Origin: an uncultured delta proteobacterium
GTDB lineage: Bacteria > Myxococcota_A > Polyangia > Polyangiales > Polyangiaceae
Assembly: GCA_963806225.1 (NCBI GenBank)
Contig: CAWDXG010000004.1
Location: forward strand, 4,832,001 to 4,896,000
DNA length: 64,000 bases
Direction of reading: 5' to 3'
The notes beneath the pieces are model-generated. The model made no database searches and was not told the DNA's origin. It saw only the letters and a list, made by a program, of their open reading frames with translations. The first letter of the stretch is position 1; each line of letters begins with the position of its first letter. The translations under genes were made by a program, and so were the position numbers. This document shows positions 59,675 through 64,000 of this stretch, in pieces.

Positions 59675-60669
59675 GACAGGAGCTCCGCGATCTGCACGGC
59701 GTTGAGTGCAGCACCCTTGCGCAGGTTGTCCGACACGATCCACAGGTTGATGGCGCCGGGTACGGCCAGGTCGTCGCGCACGCGCCCGACGTAGACCGGG
59801 TCGGTGCCGGCGGCCATCAAGGGCTGTGGCTCGCCGCCAGGCGTGTAGTCGCCGTCGACGAGCACGATGCCCGGCGCGCCCGCCAGGAGCTCGCGGGCGC
59901 GCGCGGCGGTGAGCGGCTGGTGGAACTCGCAGTACACCGATTCGGAGTGTCCGTTGATGACCGGCACGCGCACGCAGGTCGGCGTGACGCCGATCGAGGG
60001 GTCGCCGAAGATCTTGCGGGTCTCGTTGACCAGCTTCAGCTCTTCTTCCGAGTAGCCGTCCTTGCCCGGCTTCCAGTCGGACAGCACGTTCATCGCCATC
60101 TGCTTGGGGAACACGCTGACCTCGGGCTGCTGGCCAGCTGCAATCGCCTTGATCTGCCCCTCGAGCTCCGCGACGGCCTTGTGCCCTTTGCCGCTGGTCG
60201 CCTGGTAGGTGGACACGACAATATGCTTGAGGCGCGCGGCGTCGTGCAGCGGCTTCAGCGCGACCACCATCTGGATCGTGCTGCAGTTCGGGTTGGCGAT
60301 GATGCCCTTGGGGCGATCGTGCATCGCTTCGGGATTCACCTCGGGGACGACCAGCGGGCACTGCTCGTCGCTGCGCCAGGCGCTCGAGTTGTCGATGACG
60401 ACCGCGCCGCTCGCCGCGGCGATGGGCGAGTACTCTCGCGACACCGAGGCCCCGGCGCTGAACAGCGCGATGCCTACGCCCTTGAAGGAGTCCGGACCGA
60501 GCTTGTCGACCGTCAGCTCGCCGCCGCGGAAGGGCAGCTTCTGGCCTGCCGACCGCTCCGAGGCGAGCGCGATCACGCGCTCGGCGGGGAAATTCCTCCG
60601 CTCCAGGGTGCGGAGCATCTCGCGTCCTACCGCTCCCGTCGCACCGGCGACGGCCACTACTCTGTTCAT
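59671..60669 (-). CDS. asd: Aspartate-semialdehyde dehydrogenase
   Basis: GATGAVG, DNSSAWR, ANPNCSTIQM, GHSE, DNLRKGAALNAVQIAE. Confidence 0.96.
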   Translation of the reverse strand: MNRVVAVAGATGAVGREMLRTLERRNFPAERVIALASERSAGQKLPFRGGELTVDKLGPDSFKGVGIALFSAGASVSREYSPIAAASGAVVIDNSSAWRSDEQCPLVVPEVNPEAMHDRPKGIIANPNCSTIQMVVALKPLHDAARLKHIVVSTYQATSGKGHKAVAELEGQIKAIAAGQQPEVSVFPKQMAMNVLSDWKPGKDGYSEEELKLVNETRKIFGDPSIGVTPTCVRVPVINGHSESVYCEFHQPLTAARARELLAGAPGIVLVDGDYTPGGEPQPLMAAGTDPVYVGRVRDDLAVPGAINLWIVSDNLRKGAALNAVQIAELLS

Positions 60670-60781
60670 GGGGGTGTTCTCTTCTCCTGATTTCGGGGCA
60701 CGCCCGTCCGGCCAGCCCCGGTACCGGCGACAACGCTAGGACCGGGGCGGACCCGGTGCAAGCGATGCTACGCTCGCGGGG

Positions 60782-63700
60782 ATGCGGCGTCCTTCGCTCC
60801 CTTCGCGCGCTCTCGGCCCGGCACTGACGCTGGGTGGAGCGGCGTTGATGCTGGCCGGACCCGGCTGCGGCGGGCATCGAGCGGTGGTCAAGACGCCGCG
60901 CGCGGCCGCCGCGCCGGTCTCCGCGCCGCGGCTGATCACGCCGGCGCATCTGGTCGCCGTGCCGGACAGCTCGTCGGTGAGCTACATGCAGCGCGACGAT
61001 GATGGCACGGTGCGTCTGGTCGCGCGCGGCATGCGCCTGCTCACGCATCCCGACGGTTCGATCGAGCGCGCGCACCAGCTCCTGCCGGCGGCGCAGGCGG
61101 TGCGCACGCTGGAGCTGCCCGCGCGTCTGGGTCACGGCTACGTCTTCTATGTCCACTCGTCGAACACGACGCTGGTCTGGCGCTCGAAGAGCTGGACCGG
61201 TCCGCTCCAGCCGCTGGCGAACATCGACTTCGACAACGCGGATGTGGTCGCCGGGTTCGACCGGCTGTATCTGGTCGATCGCCTGAGCCGGAACGTTCTC
61301 GCGATCGACGCTGCCAGCGGCAAGGTGACCGACCCGGGCGCCCTGCCCGTTTCCCCCGGCTACGGCAGCATTGCCATCGCCGATGCCTGGACCGGTGCGG
61401 TCCAGGTGCCCTTCCGCGGCGTGCTGGCGACGTTCGACGCGGGCGCGAGCTGGCATCCGGTCACGTCGCAGACGACCTACGGCCTCAAGCTCGATCACGG
61501 GCGCATCTCCGTCCGCCTGAGCAGTGGGAGCTACCTGCTGGATCCCTCGGGCGTGCTGAGGAAGCACGAGCAGGGCAGCGAGTCCGTGTTCCGGGGCGCG
61601 GGGCAGGGTGCCTCGGACGTGAACTGGGTGGGTGGGGACCAGGACGCTGCCGAGCCGACGGTGCCGCCCCCGCCGGGGCCGCTGGGACGGCATCCGCTCG
61701 ACGTGGCCGTGCTCCGGGGTTTTCCCGACACCGACAAGAGCGCCGTGGTGGCGGCGAACGGAGCCGTGGGCCGCGTGCGTCTGTCCGACGGCGAGCTGCT
61801 GGACGTGGACGAGGATGCATTTCCACACGGAAGCAGCTGCGACCCGATTCGAGCTTTCGCACTCGTTCGGATTCGTGTGCGGGCAGAATCGCGGCAACAC
61901 CGTGGTGTATGCGTTCAAACCACCGCTGTCGCTCGAGCCCGTGCTGTCGTTCGAAGAGCCGCGCTACGTTGCGGCGAGCGGGAACGGCGCGCTCGTGATT
62001 CGCGGCGCCTGCAGCGGGCGCGCACGTGACAATCCGGGCGCGTACTGCATCCGCTCGCGTGACGGCGCGCTCAGCGAGATCCACGTCAAGGGCGATCTGG
62101 GTGTCGAGCGCGTGGTGGCGCTTTCCGATGGTCGCGCGGCGGTGATCGTTCCGCCCCGGCTCGGCGCTCCCGGCCTGCTGGTCCTGATCAGCCGCGACGG
62201 CAAGGCGAAGAGCGTGAAGATGCGTCTGCCCGACAAGGCGGACAAGCCCATTCTCGCGCTGCTCACCAAGGGGCTCTGGCTCGACGGGTTCGTCGAGCGC
62301 AAGCCGGGCGAGCTCGCTGGCTGGGTGGCCGCGGGCGGGCCGTTCATCGGCGTGCGGCTGCACCTCGACGGCAAGCTCGAAGTGGGCAAGCTGGAGAACG
62401 ACATCGATCGCAGTCTGCTGTCGGGGCAGCTCGCACTGTCCCTCGGCAGTTCCGGGCTTGCTGCCGAGAGCACCGACGGCGGCTTCCAGTGGCGGGAGGT
62501 CGAGCTGCCGGCGGACGCGACGAGCTCCTCGGCTTCCGCAGCGCGCGACGACGGCCCGCGCGGTTGCTCGCGCGTGGGGTGTGCGTTCGGCTCCTGGCTG
62601 CGCGTCGGCTGGCGCGGTACGAGCAACCAGAAGTCGAAGCTCGACAGCGCCGTGCCGCCTCCCCAGACGGTGCTGCCGCCGAGCGGAGGCGGCCGGTGGC
62701 TGCTCAGCTGCGCGGCGACCGGCGAGCAGCGCGGCGAGCGGCTCACGCCGCGACCCCGCACTCCGACGCGGCATCGGCACTACGCGACGCCGCCGCGCTA
62801 CGGCGCGCTGCCGAGCCCCGACGAGCTCGAGAGCACCGACTGGAAGTCGTTCCTCGGCGAGAAGCCGCCTTCGAAGCGCCCGGAGCAGGTCGGTTTCGAC
62901 ACCGGGACGGAATACGCCACCGTCAAGGTGCACGGCTACGTCTGGGGAGCGCGCGGCGCGAGCTGGGATCGCGTCGGGCATTTCCTGTTGCGTGCCGCCG
63001 ATCGCTTCAGCGTCGACCATGCCATCTGGTCCACCGCGCTCAGCCGCAGCCCCTGGAACGACGTGTCGCAGGCTGCGCTTGCCTTCGGGCTCGGCTCCTA
63101 CGGCGGCTCCTCCAACTGGGCCCCCATGCTCGATCCGTCCGGCAGGGCGGGCGCGCTGCTCATCGCCGCACAGGGCACTGTGAACCTGTTCTTGTTCGAC
63201 GAAGGGCGTTCGATCGTCAAGGTCGGGGACGTAATGAAGTACGGCCTCACGCGCCTTGCCGGCGCCGTCAAGCTGGGCAGCACCTGGTACGTCGGCTCCA
63301 GCTACGGCTCTAGCGAGTTCCGCGTGTTCCGTATCGAGGGCAGCCGGATATCGGTTGTCGGTCGCTATCCCCTGCGCCTCGGCTCGCGCTCCGGGACGGT
63401 GCTGAGCCGGCTCGTGCGTAGCGCTCGCGGCGACGCAATCGGCATTTTTGCGCAGGCGCGCAAGCTCAGAGGCGCGTCGACCAGCTTCTATGTCTTCCCG
63501 ATCGATCCCGGGACCTACCAGGCCGGCGCCCCGCTTGAGCTCAGCCCCTCGGAGCTCGCGTCGGCGCCTCCCTGCGGCGACGATGACGACGACGGCTGGT
63601 TGATTGAAGGCGCGCCACCGGTGTCCCCGTACATGGACTTCGTCGGGGGCGCCGATGCCCTGCGCGTGCAACACGTGGCGATGCGCGTCGTGGCCAGGGC

Positions 63701-63872
63701 GGGCGGAGTCTGTATCGCTGCGCTCGCCGCCGACGCCGACTCGCAGGTCCCGCCGCACCTCGCGCCGCCGTCGGGCGGCATCGCCGGATGGTCGGCGGGA
63801 CGGCGCACCGTCACGCTCGCAGTGACGGGGCGCGGCGGTGGCGCGCGTTGGGGCTTCCGCTGCATGCGGTAG
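60782..63872 (+). CDS. Large hypothetical lipoprotein; single-base frameshift at ~61848
   Basis: Lipobox GPGC; BNR-like TFDAGASW and STDGG..W motifs; ORFs 60782..62029 and 61632..63872 join as CDPIELSHSFGFVC. Confidence 0.65.
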
Positions 63873-64000
63873 CGCGACGGCGCCGGCCAATGGGGGCTCA
63901 ACGGTTTGCTCGGTAGGCCTACGGACACAATGGCCTACGACCGGGCTCGCTGTGATCCCGGACGGGGGCAGCCCGTGCGGCGGCCTTCCAGGCGATGACG

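Noticed and set aside
58682..61918. 1078-aa ThyX fusion
   Set aside because: The upstream part overlaps asd in another frame; thyX starts at GTG 59674.

Overview
High-GC (~70%) chromosomal window. Gene content and style (MYXO-CTERM proteins, Gly/Cys-rich lipoproteins, a kinase-AAA-TPR protein) point to a myxobacterium, probably Polyangiaceae-like. All family calls come from motif recognition, not database searches. Housekeeping genes (fadD-like ligase, sthA, folB, tatA, sdhCAB, tsaE, mlaE, nadA, mscS, thyX, asd) are interspersed with many surface or secreted low-complexity proteins. No rRNA, tRNA, CRISPR array or intact transposase was seen. Most notable: (1) the gene entering from the left edge looks like a defence-type helicase C-terminus ending in a domain that matches the N-terminal methylcytosine-reader (NEco) domain of E. 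coli McrA; (2) next to it, a doubly deleted HNH-family element that keeps its non-coding leader; (3) a perfect, loop-less, AT-rich 46-bp palindrome at the thyX stop codon; (4) a sigma54-driven CPBP (Rce1-like) protease gene converging on an ICMT-family gene beside surface-protein genes; (5) four broken genes: two single-base frameshifts, both repaired by GATTC->GATC, and two in-frame TGA codons.
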